Under the pieces are notes generated by a model, which saw only the letters and a list, made by a program, of their open reading frames with translations, was not told where the DNA came from and did not search any database. The position numbers and the translations under genes were made by a program. A stretch of DNA of 50,360 nt, filler included, from Bipalium vagum (lineage: Eukaryota): assembly GCA_037834085.1 (NCBI GenBank). It is 3 parts of 3 records of this genome, joined end to end, with 100 filler letters (N's around TTAATTAATTAA, not from the genome) between each part and the next. Parts side by side here need not be neighbours in the genome. Positions count along the whole stretch, not along the records: positions 33,652 to 50,360 come from JBBMKC010097079.1; 2 more parts are not named here. One strand, written 5' to 3'. Of the stretch, positions 49,961-50,360 are shown piece by piece (positions within the stretch are counted from its first letter, which is position 1; the number at the start of each line of letters is the position of its first letter).

Positions 49961-50360
49961 TTCCTTTGACATTCAATTTTAGTTTCAAATTAGAATCATT
50001 ATTCTTCAAATCAGCATTTTTCATATCCAAACAAGTGTTATCTTTATTTTGTGTGTTCAGATCAACTTTAAAATTGATATCATGGTCTTTATCGTTATCC
50101 CTGTTGATACTTAAACCATTGCTATCTTTATTTTTACCGTTCAGGTCTAGCTTGAGCTTGATATCTCGATCAATTTCATTAATCTTCTTGATATCGATTC
50201 CATTCTTATCATTACATTCACCATTGAGATCTACTTTAAACTTGAAATCACTATCTTTGCCATTATCTCTCTTAATATTTATACCATTGTTATCATTACT
50301 TTGTCCGTTGACATTAACTTTAAAATTGAAATCATGGTCTTTATCGTTATCCTTATTGAT
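49961..50360 (-). CDS. Partial exon of an unknown Asn/Asp/Lys-rich 28-aa tandem-repeat protein (runs off the window end)
   Basis: 133 open codons from 50360: INKDNDKDHDFNFKVNVNGQSNDNNGIN / IKRDNGKDSDFKFKVDLNGECNDKNGID / IKKINEIDRDIKLKLDLNGKNKDSNGLS / INRDNDKDHDINFKVDLNTQNKDNTCLD / MKNADLKNNDSNLKLKLNVKG. Probable GT donor at 49960; otherwise a stop at 49944-49946. Confidence 0.75.

Overview
Very AT-rich eukaryotic (invertebrate-like) genomic DNA. It consists of three contigs joined by two artificial 100-bp linkers (44 N + TTAATTAATTAA + 44 N at 16875-16974 and 33552-33651). Contig 1 is a nest of decayed mobile and viral sequences: a Polinton/adintovirus structural module (PLA2, penton-like minor capsid, A32-like packaging ATPase); a Mos1-like mariner; a chuvirus-like glycoprotein gene followed directly by a retropepsin, with the glycoprotein split by a minus-strand NeSL-like RLE non-LTR element carrying Ulp1 protease domain(s); rosa (DD41D) and pogo fragments; an SSRP1 gene fragment; and an LTR-like repeat. 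Contig 2 is mostly DNA-transposon debris and unassigned sequence. Contig 3 holds the one clearly intact host gene, a 9-exon nucleobindin (NUCB1/2 family, ~365 aa) with a GC-AG mini-intron and TE-filled long introns, and ends within a minus-strand exon encoding an unrecognised 28-aa tandem-repeat protein. All family calls come from motif recognition by eye; no searches were run.
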